Under the pieces are notes generated by a model that ran no database searches, was not told the origin of the DNA, and saw nothing but the letters and a program-made list of their open reading frames with translations. From positions 1-42,932 of the IMG/VR virus record IMGVR_UViG_3300005573_000021: 42,932 bases of DNA; one strand, 5' to 3'. The translations under genes were made by a program, and so were the position numbers. The stretch is from a virus. Lineage: Duplodnaviria; Caudoviricetes. This document shows positions 1 through 9,238 of this stretch, piece after piece; the first letter of the stretch is position 1, and every line of letters begins with the position of its first letter.

Positions 1-29
1 AAATTGGGGCGAGAAATGGGATTCGAACC
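1..29 (-). repeat. Left att core: duplicated 3' end of a tRNA, probably tRNA-His
   Basis: AAATTGGGGCGAGAAATGGGATTCGAACC is identical to 42904-42932. Reverse complement GGTTCGAATCCCAT-TTCTCGC-C-CCA gives T-arm, acceptor strand, C73 and CCA. Sequence beyond nt 29 is not tRNA-like. Confidence 0.93.
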
Positions 30-133
30 GCTCAAGTAGGTAATTACTGGGTGATAACTGCTTATGCCTGAGCACGAATTAACTCTTGCAGATGATGATT
101 AGATAAGCAACAGGGCATATAATTAAGCTCTAC

Positions 134-152
134 TGTGTCCTAATCTGTGTCC
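134..152 (+). promoter_or_regulatory. Candidate integrase arm-type sites (TGTGTCC x2)
   Basis: TGTGTCC at 134-140 and 146-152; the same motif recurs near the right att (42866-42872). Confidence 0.55.
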
Positions 153-173
153 CATATTCCCATGAATGAAAAC

Positions 174-220
174 AAAAAAAAATCGGCTCCCACGTGACTA
201 TTCACACGTGGGAGCCTTTT
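174..220. terminator. Bidirectional intrinsic terminator at the end of the late operon
   Basis: Perfect 12-bp stem GGCTCCCACGTG/CACGTGGGAGCC (185-216) with an A-run on the left and TTTT on the right. Confidence 0.85.
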
Positions 221-249
221 GCAGAGGTAGTGAGAGGATTATCAGAGGT

Positions 250-271
250 AAAAAGCCCCGGAGGTAGGGGC
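250..271 (-). terminator. Short intrinsic terminator after the endolysin
   Basis: Minus strand reads GCCCC-TACCTCC-GGGGC-TTTTT. Confidence 0.55.
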
Positions 272-284
272 GAGGAAATTTGAT

Positions 285-755
285 TCAAACACACGTCTGC
301 GCGAGCTTTTTAAGCCATTCCTTGCCTGATTTCGCAGAGATCGGATGCCCGTCAATCCATACCTCAAGGTGCAGATGCGGGTCATTGAGCAGCCGCCCAA
401 CATATCCGATGACCTGACCTTGTGTAACATTCATACCCTCACGCAACTCATCCTTGAGATGCAGGTGAGCGTAAACCGTACAAACATCGACAGAGTTTTT
501 TACGCCCTCAATATAGAGCACGCACTTCTCACCGTCGCGGTCTTTTATGCAGGTGATTCGCCCACTATGCATCGCCATGACCTGCGTGCCGGCAGGGGCG
601 AATAAGTCGGCGGCGTCACCCGTACCAGGTCGGAGATAACCCTTAAATACATTATGACCCGGCACGTCCTGATGCCGATTTACCGATCTGCCGTGAAGCG
701 TTCGATTCGCGCGCAGAGCTGTCAGTTTACAATCGATGGGTTTTCCGAGGATCAT
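285..755 (-). CDS. M23-family metallopeptidase, putative endolysin
   Basis: DLFAPAGTQVMAMHSG, TVYAHL, VTQGQVIGYVG and PHLHLEV are M23 signature segments; last gene of the late operon. Confidence 0.85.
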   Translation of the reverse strand: MILGKPIDCKLTALRANRTLHGRSVNRHQDVPGHNVFKGYLRPGTGDAADLFAPAGTQVMAMHSGRITCIKDRDGEKCVLYIEGVKNSVDVCTVYAHLHLKDELREGMNVTQGQVIGYVGRLLNDPHLHLEVWIDGHPISAKSGKEWLKKLAQTCV

Positions 756-1222
756 CTCAGCTTAATCCTCAGTTGTTTCGCGTAGACGCTGACCACATCT
801 ATAAGATTGTCCACCGTTTCCGGCGTAAGACCCCATTTCTGTTGATCGTTCACCTGCTGTATAATCGACTTCGCCGTCTGTGTTCGCGCATCCGCGTTAT
901 AGAGCGCTTGCCGGATAATCATAATTTTTGTCGGGTCAAAGTTCGATGCGGTGTCAATCGCCTTGGCCGCCCAGGATGGGCATAAATTAAGTGCTTTGAG
1001 CACACTTGCTACAGTTACGACGGCGGACGCGAGAATATATATCTTAGTCCACGGGTCGACAGGTGTAGGTGCAGGCGCCGCGGTCACCGCGGGTGCAGTC
1101 GCGCTTACCGCCGGTGCCTGCGTGATGGCCGTGTTATCACCGGCAAAAGCCGGCATGACAGTCAGCGCTGCCAACATAATGACAGCGAGCAGTGCGATAA
1201 TTCCGATTCTTCTGAGCCTCAT
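752..1222 (-). CDS. Membrane protein of the lysis module (signal peptide, Ala/Pro linker, one TM helix), holin-like
   Basis: Start reassigned to ATG 1222 (MRLRRIG) after an AAAGGGGG RBS; hydrophobic N-terminus ending AFA; second hydrophobic segment; ATGA overlap with the endolysin. Confidence 0.6.
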   Translation of the reverse strand: MRLRRIGIIALLAVIMLAALTVMPAFAGDNTAITQAPAVSATAPAVTAAPAPTPVDPWTKIYILASAVVTVASVLKALNLCPSWAAKAIDTASNFDPTKIMIIRQALYNADARTQTAKSIIQQVNDQQKWGLTPETVDNLIDVVSVYAKQLRIKLR

Positions 1223-1251
1223 TTTGAGACCCCCTTTCTGAGATTGCCGTA

Positions 1252-1279
1252 CAAAGAAAAAGCCCGCATATTGCGAGTT
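1252..1279 (-). terminator. Weak intrinsic terminator inside the lysis module
   Basis: Minus strand reads ACTCGCA-ATA-TGCGGGC-TTTTTCTTT. Confidence 0.5.
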
Positions 1280-1298
1280 CCCGATCCCTACCCTACTT

Positions 1299-1547
1299 CT
1301 ATGATGGACCATGAAACATAACAAGCGCTGTTATAAGAGCAATTATAAGCGTTCCTATCCCAACAACAGCCGCCCATGACGCCTTTTTTCCGACAACCGA
1401 CCATAAATCATCGACATTGCCCTTTAGATTCTCTATCTCAGCTGAGTGTGTAGCGCATTCTTCGGGCACTTTGCTAATACGCCTGTGTATATCCTCGACC
1501 TGTTGAGCCATCGTGACAATGATGTCGTGGTCGCTATATTCGGTCAT
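1299..1547 (-). CDS. Small coiled-coil protein with a C-terminal TM helix (holin/XhlA-like)
   Basis: 82 aa, heptad-like N-terminus, C-terminal WAAVVGIGTLIIALITALVMF, GGGGGA RBS, lysis-module position. Confidence 0.65.
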   Translation of the reverse strand: MTEYSDHDIIVTMAQQVEDIHRRISKVPEECATHSAEIENLKGNVDDLWSVVGKKASWAAVVGIGTLIIALITALVMFHGPS

Positions 1548-1558
1548 GTTATCCCCCT

Positions 1559-1589
1559 AATAAATAAAGCCCCTGGGACACCCAGAGGC
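1559..1589 (-). terminator. Intrinsic terminator after the tail genes
   Basis: Minus strand reads GCCTCTGGG-TGT-CCCAGGGGC-TTTATTTA. Confidence 0.65.
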
Positions 1590-1617
1590 ATGGATTGAAT
1601 CCGATTTTTGTTAACGT

Positions 1618-4600
1618 TTAACTCGACGCTAAACTCCACGTCAGTCCATTATCATTGCTCCAAAAACTCTTAAATATGTTATTCGAATCAGCCGCGAGCA
1701 CAACCCACATACCCAATTCGTTACCTGTAAACGATAGGCCGGCGCTCTGCTCTGGCAGTATGTCGATAACCACAGGCGTTGAGACAGTAATACCATAATC
1801 AAATGATTGCACAGCTACGAGTGCGCCGTCACTGGATCGCCAACCAATAATAACCATCACCCCATATTGATTTACAACAGCTCGTAAATGCGTGATTCCG
1901 GTCATTAGGTTAAGCTCCTCACGTGTAGTAAAACCATCCGTTGACCATGCGATTTTCGCGATATCGCCCTCATGCCAGATAATGCCCGTTCGATGCAGTG
2001 GGCTATTATCGATGATGATACAGGGACTGCCCGCGCCCGGTCCCGAGGTAACGAGTTTTGCCGACTCACTGCTAATCCCATCATCAAATGACCGCATTGT
2101 TCGAATGCTTCCTGCACTCGCGTATGCCATCTGTGAGACTCGTGTTTTGGTGTCGGTTTTTATATCACAGTCCTCGATTGCGGCGCTTTGTTCGCCAGCC
2201 CGCAACGTGAGGATCGAGCATTTACGATTGCGTATCTGGGTTAAACCTGTAACCTGCTCTGTGCCAATTCCCACACTTGCCTGAACTGATGAGCTATTTT
2301 GCAATGCGTGCGTCGATCCTCCCCACGTGAGAGCGAATCCACATTCATTTGTTGTAAGCTGCTGGCTATCTGTTCCCTGCGTCACCGTAACATCATAGGG
2401 CGCATTCTCACCGATGACCCGCATAGCGAGCAACCCGCCGTAATATTTCTCAGTATCGAATGTGTAACTACCGAACATATACGGCAGTTCGAGCCAATCG
2501 AGCCGCAGTTGAGCGGATACTGTCACCTGTGTTATGTCCTCGGTTTCTCCGTAATCACCGTATAGACCCGGGTCGAGATAAGCTATGAGATTTGAGCACC
2601 CTGTAGGCGTATCCAATACCTCGACTGTGATTATTGAATCGGATCCCCCTGGATATGCGCTGTAATCACCGGTATCGTTAAGCATTGGCACTACCGACCA
2701 TACATCCCCCGTGGTTATCTGATCCCCGCAGGGTTCGTCAGGCGTTTTGAGAAACTTCGCCTGTATGATCTCGCCTGCAAGCATCCCATCCACGAATATC
2801 AATCCGCTTGGTTGCCAGTATACATGGGGATTATGATGCAGGGTAGGGGATATACCTGCATCTTCTGCAACAAACGAATCCACTTCGGGATTGCGAGTAT
2901 TGCCCGCCGAAACGCCCACCCATGATGCTTGTGGCAATACGAGCACAACAAATGAACCGCCGTTGACTTTTGACTTCTTTCGTCGCGTGATCGATGTGAA
3001 TGAATATGAGCAGCCGGCTTTAAGTCCTTTGACTGTAAGGCTGTTAACGCGATAGACGCCTAAGTCCCAGGGGACTGATGTGCCATGCGCGGCTGTCTCT
3101 GGTCGTGTTGTTGGTATTAGGCTGTCAGACGCACCGCACCCGGTATAATTCGTCGGCGCAAGAAGATCGATCCATTCACTCGATGATTTCACCTCATATT
3201 CTTTGCCGTCGAGCACAAGGGTAAAAGGCTCGTTGCTCGAATCGTCAGAAGTGAATTCCAGGGAGATGTATCTGCTGCCCCATAAACTTACATCACTCAG
3301 GTTATTGATTGTGAAGCTATCCGCGCCGGCCTGTGCTGTGATTTCGCGATTGATGCTGTATGCCACGTGGTTACTTTGAAGAGAGAACCGCAGAGCATCC
3401 CAGCTTACCGATGATTCGCCGATCTTTGCGAGCACTCGCCTATCATGATAATCATTATGAGCACAGCCATTTGCCTCATTCGGATGATTTGGGTTGGTGC
3501 ATGGGTAGTCGGGCTGTCCGAACTCGCCAGGGTTGCTTATCCAGACCGGTCCAAGCCGTCTATACCAATCACCAAGATCATCCTCACCGCTGCGGTCAAA
3601 GACGTTGACAGCTTTATATTCCGCGAAGTCGATCCCGCCTACAGAGCGAACATACGGACCTTCGACAACACCGTCCAATCGCCACCAACCGCCGAATGTG
3701 AGCGTTTCCGAAGCCGGACTATCCCAATTGCTGTCAGTATTGCACCCCCACGCCTGCGCGGTTTCATCCCAGGTCGGCACGCAGTCCTGCGTTTGCAGAT
3801 TCGCGCCAGTGATTTGCGGACCATCCACATACCGCACATCACCATTATAAGTGTGAGTGTAGCTTCCGCAATAATCGGTCATCATGCCGATTTCAGTATG
3901 CTGGCTTTCAATGTTCGGCACTGCGTAGATAGTGAGAGTATCGCCACTCACCTTCGCGGTTGTGTCACCGTCTTTGGTGTAAACACATTCCGGCCAGTTC
4001 GGCGAAGCCAGCCCACCAGTGCGGTAGAATGAGACATGCCCACATTCCTCTGTGGCTGCCATATCCTGCACAAAGCTCGTGATCTGAGCGCCGATTGCGG
4101 CTGGGTTTATGAGTGGATAACTCAGGCTGTAAGTCCCGCTCATTGCTATCGAGCCGCCCACGCTGATTGTATATGATATTTCAGGATTATCCACAGTCGA
4201 TATCCATATAGTGCCCTTTTGCGGTGGTATCCAGCACGGGTCTTTGTCTGCGGCACTGTAGAGGCACCAGAGATCGGAACAATTCCAGCGATACCATTCT
4301 CCGTTCGCGTCTCTCTCATCGCATAGGCATGGCACGATAGCGCTTCTATTTATATCTGTTATCTCAAACCAGGTATCAGCATCGAACTCTATGTATACGT
4401 CAAAATCAACCGATTCGTCGTGATCACCGCCAACACAGATTGGACATGCCCACTGACCACAATCAACCTTCTGGCAACCGACATGAGCAATTGGCTGAAT
4501 AACAGGTGTGCCAAGCTCAGCATTGATACCGACTGAGCAGCTTGCAGTCACATCATAACCACCCTCGCATATTCCACCCATGCAGTCCTCAAGCCCGGAA

Positions 4601-4815
4601 TAATTGAGGAAACAATCGTTAGAGCCGCCGCCTACGCCGATCTCAAACGAAAATCCACCTGGAAGCGAGCCATGTAAAACAGTCGTCAAGTAACTGTATC
4701 GCGTGTCAGGACAGGTGTATTCCCCGGTCGGAACGAGATGCAACTGCTGGACACTGCGAATACTCCCGCGCACGCCAAAGCCATATTTTTGAGTAGGTCT
4801 GATTTTAACAGCCAC
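1618..4815 (-). CDS. Large tail-tip/receptor-binding protein; Cys-rich N-terminal half and C-terminal Asp-box (BNR) repeats
   Basis: Last large tail-region gene; probable GTG start at 4815 overlapping the upstream stop; Asp-box-like SFDDGIS, STDGFTT, SFDYGIT and SNDNGLTW. Confidence 0.6.
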   Translation of the reverse strand: MAVKIRPTQKYGFGVRGSIRSVQQLHLVPTGEYTCPDTRYSYLTTVLHGSLPGGFSFEIGVGGGSNDCFLNYSGLEDCMGGICEGGYDVTASCSVGINAELGTPVIQPIAHVGCQKVDCGQWACPICVGGDHDESVDFDVYIEFDADTWFEITDINRSAIVPCLCDERDANGEWYRWNCSDLWCLYSAADKDPCWIPPQKGTIWISTVDNPEISYTISVGGSIAMSGTYSLSYPLINPAAIGAQITSFVQDMAATEECGHVSFYRTGGLASPNWPECVYTKDGDTTAKVSGDTLTIYAVPNIESQHTEIGMMTDYCGSYTHTYNGDVRYVDGPQITGANLQTQDCVPTWDETAQAWGCNTDSNWDSPASETLTFGGWWRLDGVVEGPYVRSVGGIDFAEYKAVNVFDRSGEDDLGDWYRRLGPVWISNPGEFGQPDYPCTNPNHPNEANGCAHNDYHDRRVLAKIGESSVSWDALRFSLQSNHVAYSINREITAQAGADSFTINNLSDVSLWGSRYISLEFTSDDSSNEPFTLVLDGKEYEVKSSSEWIDLLAPTNYTGCGASDSLIPTTRPETAAHGTSVPWDLGVYRVNSLTVKGLKAGCSYSFTSITRRKKSKVNGGSFVVLVLPQASWVGVSAGNTRNPEVDSFVAEDAGISPTLHHNPHVYWQPSGLIFVDGMLAGEIIQAKFLKTPDEPCGDQITTGDVWSVVPMLNDTGDYSAYPGGSDSIITVEVLDTPTGCSNLIAYLDPGLYGDYGETEDITQVTVSAQLRLDWLELPYMFGSYTFDTEKYYGGLLAMRVIGENAPYDVTVTQGTDSQQLTTNECGFALTWGGSTHALQNSSSVQASVGIGTEQVTGLTQIRNRKCSILTLRAGEQSAAIEDCDIKTDTKTRVSQMAYASAGSIRTMRSFDDGISSESAKLVTSGPGAGSPCIIIDNSPLHRTGIIWHEGDIAKIAWSTDGFTTREELNLMTGITHLRAVVNQYGVMVIIGWRSSDGALVAVQSFDYGITVSTPVVIDILPEQSAGLSFTGNELGMWVVLAADSNNIFKSFWSNDNGLTWSLASS

Positions 4816-5140
4816 GGGAGAAATCCTTTCCGCAAGCGTCACATTTCTGACCAATGATGCACGCAGGGCAGTGCAGGTGCAGAGTATTACGCCACTGCTC
4901 ACGCTGCATCTGGGTTATCTCAAGAGAGATAGGAGGAGCCGGAGGCCTTACCGGTTTCGGTACTGTATAACCCGCACAGCCCGCGCAGGGATCGCACAGA
5001 GCGCCGCACTGCGGGCATTCCGCCCGGGTGATATTGGGCATATTGCTGGCAAACATTTCCGGTAAAGGTATACCCTGACCAGTAGGACTCATCTGGAGTG
5101 TAAAGCGCCCATGAACCGGGCACGTAAACCGCACAGCCAT
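4805..5140 (-). CDS. Cys-rich small metal-binding protein in the tail module
   Basis: 111 aa with 11 Cys (CPVH, CPQC, CDPCAGC, CPAC, CDAC); abuts both neighbouring genes. Confidence 0.7.
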   Translation of the reverse strand: MAVRFTCPVHGRFTLQMSPTGQGIPLPEMFASNMPNITRAECPQCGALCDPCAGCAGYTVPKPVRPPAPPISLEITQMQREQWRNTLHLHCPACIIGQKCDACGKDFSRGC

Positions 5141-5320
5141 TTATGCTTCTTCCCCGCGAATGATAGGCGTTCCCCATGTAATATGTTTATGAACAATCTC
5201 ATCAGGCATATTGTTCACGCGACGCTGCGCCGTGGTTGTTCTACGCGAGGTGGTATCGACCGATAATTTCTGAGCAGCCATGGTCTGCATGCTTTTGAAA
5301 TACTTACGATTCGATTTCAT
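5141..5320 (-). CDS. Small basic hypothetical protein (59 aa, not in the ORF track)
   Basis: Hand translation MKSNRKYFKSMQTMAAQKLS...TWGTPIIRGEEA; ATGA overlap upstream and TAA-ATG junction downstream fill the gap exactly. Confidence 0.7.
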   Translation of the reverse strand: MKSNRKYFKSMQTMAAQKLSVDTTSRRTTTAQRRVNNMPDEIVHKHITWGTPIIRGEEA

Positions 5321-7536
5321 TGCTGAAGTTCTCCCTCATAAGTCATGCATGCACTGCGCGTGAGCTTCGCTTTGCTCGTAGCTGACCCATCAAATCCGGT
5401 GAGTTTTACATCACCAATGCCCTCAAGGGTATAACATTTACCGATGGTCATTCTGCTGTCGAATGGACCTTTCCATGAGATAGTCATAACTGCCTGTCGT
5501 GCCACATCGAATACATGGCCTAACGCCCTATCCAGCACGGCTTGGGTATTCAACGATTTATCTATGATAATCGCCGATTCCACTTCACCGAGGTAATTGA
5601 TTGGTTTACTTTCTGCTGTGCTCGCAATCGACCCTTTGTCTATTCCGATGTTTCCAATCAGGGAATTATCATCAGCCTGCCCAATCATCACCATCCAGTT
5701 AGATTCGGGCGGCTCAAGCTCAGTGGAATAACCATCCTCGTACCAAGGTTCCCATGTCTGACCCGCCATGGGCTTATTTCTCTTGATGGTAAACTCAGGG
5801 GTAAGCGGCGCAGAAGCCGGCTTCTGATAATACCATTTACCATCAGCCGCGAACCGAAGAGGCCAATTGGAAATATTATCGATTATCCATTCAATGAACT
5901 GCCGTATGGGGGTGTTTACTTGTGGCTGGCTTTTAAGTTCCGATTGACCCTTATCTGTTCCCGACCCCTGCAATGTGCTCTCGGGTAAATCCACGCTCTC
6001 GGTGTCGGTGATAATGTCATCATCCTGCCATCCGCACATTTGCAATATTTTACGAATCGCGCCTGGGTGAGACCAACCTTCGAATGGTCGTGTCGTCCAC
6101 CATTTGCGCCGGGATATCACGGATATGCCGTAATTCCATCCCTGCAGATTGATTGTGTTCTTACGATGTCCGTAGATTGTTTTGGGTCTGCGAAACTCAT
6201 ATATTCCGTAGGGCTCATCATCGATCATAAGCCGACCGACAATGCGTGATCTGCGCGATAATGCGGATATATCAGTATCGCTGCCATCGTCGCGTATGCT
6301 TACAGAGCATTTCTGATCCTCCCAATCATCACCATCGCCGACCGCTAACGACAAGATAGAGCTTTCATCAATCGTAATGAGCGCCGGGGATTGAGTGCTC
6401 GCAATAGCAGGCCATTCTATCAGGAATGAATCGAGGAATGGTGTGCATGTGCCATCACCTGTTAGTGTAAAATCGGCTGAGTATTTCTGCTTGATACCGT
6501 CTCCGCTCCAGGCGTTGCCATCATCGTCGGATATTCCAGCAGTGAGCGAAGGTGATCCCATGGTTGTAACCCAATACGGTGTAAGGATCGGGTTATTCGT
6601 AGGCGCATAGGGCAGCATGCCCGTTTCGCTGAATGTTCCACTCGTTTTATATCCCACACGGGATATGCTGATGCCGATGTTCTGTTGATAACTCTCTGGC
6701 ACATATATGACTATCTTCCCAGCTTTAGTTATCTCATATCTATTATTTTCAGCATCGAATGCGGCCTCACTGTGAGTGTAAACACCGTCATATCCGTTGC
6801 CGGCGTTGCGAACGCGCACCCATATATTGCCGCGTCCGAATGGGATAATAGTTATACTCGGTAGACCAATCGGGTTTACCGGCACGCCCATAATATTTCC
6901 GCGCTCGTCGTTATTTCCTTTCTCAACACCAAAGCGGCATTTCCACAACCAATCGCCGTCATCGCCATTGCCGTCGCTGTTCCAGTAGAGGTCGGCGGTC
7001 CCGTCCAGGTGGAAATTGATACGAAAATCACCAAAGCGGATACAAACGACATCTTTGGCGAATCCGTTGACCTGACCGTGAAGTTCCAACTCGACATGAA
7101 ATGCTTGGTTTGACGGGTATTCGGCCTTACTCGCGAGTATCGGGATTAGATTCCGACCATCATATAATTGAGCAGTTTTGATGCCTGTTGAAGCAGCCAA
7201 TGCGAGTAATTGTATAAGCGTAAACCCGCCTGTGCGAAGTCGATTTATTGCTCCAGTGGCGGGCGCGAGCACAATGTTAGACTGCCAGTATTGCCCGATG
7301 GAATCATAATCTGATAGATTGGTTCGTAAGCTATCATAATCCGCCTTATACCACTCATCAGGATCGAATTGAACAGGTTTAAGCATCAGCGTCCCTGTTT
7401 GCGGTTCAATGATGCAGTTGCTTCCGCTCGCCATGCCTGTCGATATATCCACATCACGGATTAGTCGAGTATCGCAATACCCCGGTTCTGATAACGTTGG
7501 ATGTGGAATATCAAGTTCAAGTTTATATGTGGACAT
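5317..7536 (-). CDS. Tail/baseplate hub-like protein
   Basis: Directly follows the tape measure; beta-rich N-terminal part and hub-like C-terminal part (WPLRFAADGKWYY). Start is ATG 7536 or TTG 7551. Confidence 0.6.
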   Translation of the reverse strand: MSTYKLELDIPHPTLSEPGYCDTRLIRDVDISTGMASGSNCIIEPQTGTLMLKPVQFDPDEWYKADYDSLRTNLSDYDSIGQYWQSNIVLAPATGAINRLRTGGFTLIQLLALAASTGIKTAQLYDGRNLIPILASKAEYPSNQAFHVELELHGQVNGFAKDVVCIRFGDFRINFHLDGTADLYWNSDGNGDDGDWLWKCRFGVEKGNNDERGNIMGVPVNPIGLPSITIIPFGRGNIWVRVRNAGNGYDGVYTHSEAAFDAENNRYEITKAGKIVIYVPESYQQNIGISISRVGYKTSGTFSETGMLPYAPTNNPILTPYWVTTMGSPSLTAGISDDDGNAWSGDGIKQKYSADFTLTGDGTCTPFLDSFLIEWPAIASTQSPALITIDESSILSLAVGDGDDWEDQKCSVSIRDDGSDTDISALSRRSRIVGRLMIDDEPYGIYEFRRPKTIYGHRKNTINLQGWNYGISVISRRKWWTTRPFEGWSHPGAIRKILQMCGWQDDDIITDTESVDLPESTLQGSGTDKGQSELKSQPQVNTPIRQFIEWIIDNISNWPLRFAADGKWYYQKPASAPLTPEFTIKRNKPMAGQTWEPWYEDGYSTELEPPESNWMVMIGQADDNSLIGNIGIDKGSIASTAESKPINYLGEVESAIIIDKSLNTQAVLDRALGHVFDVARQAVMTISWKGPFDSRMTIGKCYTLEGIGDVKLTGFDGSATSKAKLTRSACMTYEGELQQ

Positions 7537-7559
7537 AGCAAGCAATCCCAACCTGTTTG

Positions 7560-9230
7560 TTATCCGATAGTATTCTGCGATAGTGTTCCATTGATAGCAC
7601 GCCGCACATCGCCTTCATTAAGTGCTTTGGATGTGCGAGGTCCACCGCCGATTATCATTTGATTCTGAGCACCCAACAAATCTACCAGCTTGCGTAAATA
7701 GTTGTTACTCACATTGATAGCAGTTATAGCTGGATCGGCGCTCGGTGAGTTAGGGCTTACATTCCCGCCACTGTTCATTCCCGCCTGCGCTTCCATCATC
7801 CTGCGGATGGAATGGGAACCGCCGCGAATATAGGCATTTGCACTGCGTCCTGCAAAAAACGCACGGATACGATTCCTGTCAGCCGAATACCCCGCGCCAA
7901 TTCCATTTATGCCCTCACCGACCGCTCTACCAAGTGAAAGGTTAGGCAACCATCCACCATTGCCTAACCTCTTGCCACCCTGCCCAAATATAGAACCAAG
8001 CGCCCAATCTAACGCCTCATCAATAACATCAGCCCATCCGGCAGCACCGATCAATCCAGCAGTTGTTATCCCGGCAGTGCTTCCAACGCCCGATACGCCC
8101 AAAGCGCCAATCCCTCTTCCAGCAATTGCGCGAGCGCCACCCCACAATCCGCCCGCGCCTGCCATTATTCTCGCAAAGACACCTTTGCCTACACCGGTAG
8201 CAACTCCTCCGGCAGCCGCCCCTGTGGCTCCGGCACCAGCCGCTGCCGCCGCTTCTTCAGCAACCGCAGCTTCCCCGGCAGCCACAGCCACACCGTGCCA
8301 CATATCGCGAAGCGCTTTTATGCCAGGCATAACCATCAAAATACTGCCGCCGACAACGCCCATCGCGCCGGCTACCGCGAGCGTTTCACCTGCCACACCA
8401 TGCGTGTGTTTATTGAGCCATCGCATTGCGCCAACGCCTCTATTCATAACCGTGGTCATTTTGACCATCGCCGGCACAAGCCCTTCACCCAGTTCGCGTT
8501 TCAATGCGCCTACAGAGTTCTCGTACGCAGTATTTGCGCCAACAGCGGTTTTTGATTCTGCCTCGGCAGCGCCGTGGTATCGTTTTTCGAGCTCGGCAAC
8601 AATATAACTGAGCCCCTCTGATTTCACTCGTGCCTCATTAAGATCGGGTATTAATCTCTTGAGCCCACGTGTCATACCGTTAGCGCCGCGAGCAACCATC
8701 GCAGAAACAGTAGCTACATCAGCGCCACCTCTGCCCATTTTCTGCAGAGCAACTGTCGTATCGAGTATGGCAGGAAGTGTCTCTTTTATCTCATCCGGTG
8801 TGGCTTTGCCCAGCGTTGCCATTGCCGAAGCAGCCTCGATCATGGCGGAATGGAACCCCGGCACGACCTTGGGCAGTTTGTCGAATGCTTCCTCGATCTC
8901 GGTCACATCTCGCGCGGTGCCCTTATGAGTATTTTGAAGCGCCCGCAATAATTGAGCGCTCGCACTTTCAGCTTCGGCAGCTGATTCGCCCCAATCTTTT
9001 GCGGCACGTAGAGCAGCGTATCCACCTGTAACCAAACTCCCACCAATCGCGGCAGATTTAACGCCTGACAGATCGAGTTTTTGCCAGGCGCTTGTCGCAT
9101 GACCTACATCACCAGCAATACCACGCATAGACGCGCGTATTATGCTGGCTCCGCGTTGTACCTGCTCAACACCCGTCAGACCAACCCGCGTTTCCAGTTT
9201 ATCTACCGAAGAAGCACCGCCGACAGCCAT
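7560..9230 (-). CDS. Tail tape measure protein
   Basis: 556 aa, Ala/Gly-rich and helical, immediately after the tail tube and chaperone genes. Confidence 0.85.
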   Translation of the reverse strand: MAVGGASSVDKLETRVGLTGVEQVQRGASIIRASMRGIAGDVGHATSAWQKLDLSGVKSAAIGGSLVTGGYAALRAAKDWGESAAEAESASAQLLRALQNTHKGTARDVTEIEEAFDKLPKVVPGFHSAMIEAASAMATLGKATPDEIKETLPAILDTTVALQKMGRGGADVATVSAMVARGANGMTRGLKRLIPDLNEARVKSEGLSYIVAELEKRYHGAAEAESKTAVGANTAYENSVGALKRELGEGLVPAMVKMTTVMNRGVGAMRWLNKHTHGVAGETLAVAGAMGVVGGSILMVMPGIKALRDMWHGVAVAAGEAAVAEEAAAAAGAGATGAAAGGVATGVGKGVFARIMAGAGGLWGGARAIAGRGIGALGVSGVGSTAGITTAGLIGAAGWADVIDEALDWALGSIFGQGGKRLGNGGWLPNLSLGRAVGEGINGIGAGYSADRNRIRAFFAGRSANAYIRGGSHSIRRMMEAQAGMNSGGNVSPNSPSADPAITAINVSNNYLRKLVDLLGAQNQMIIGGGPRTSKALNEGDVRRAINGTLSQNTIG

Positions 9231-9238
9231 GTTTACAC

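Noticed and set aside
7909-8607. 232-aa plus-strand Pro/Ala-rich ORF
   Set aside because: Antisense shadow of the Gly/Ala-rich tape measure; no independent coding signal
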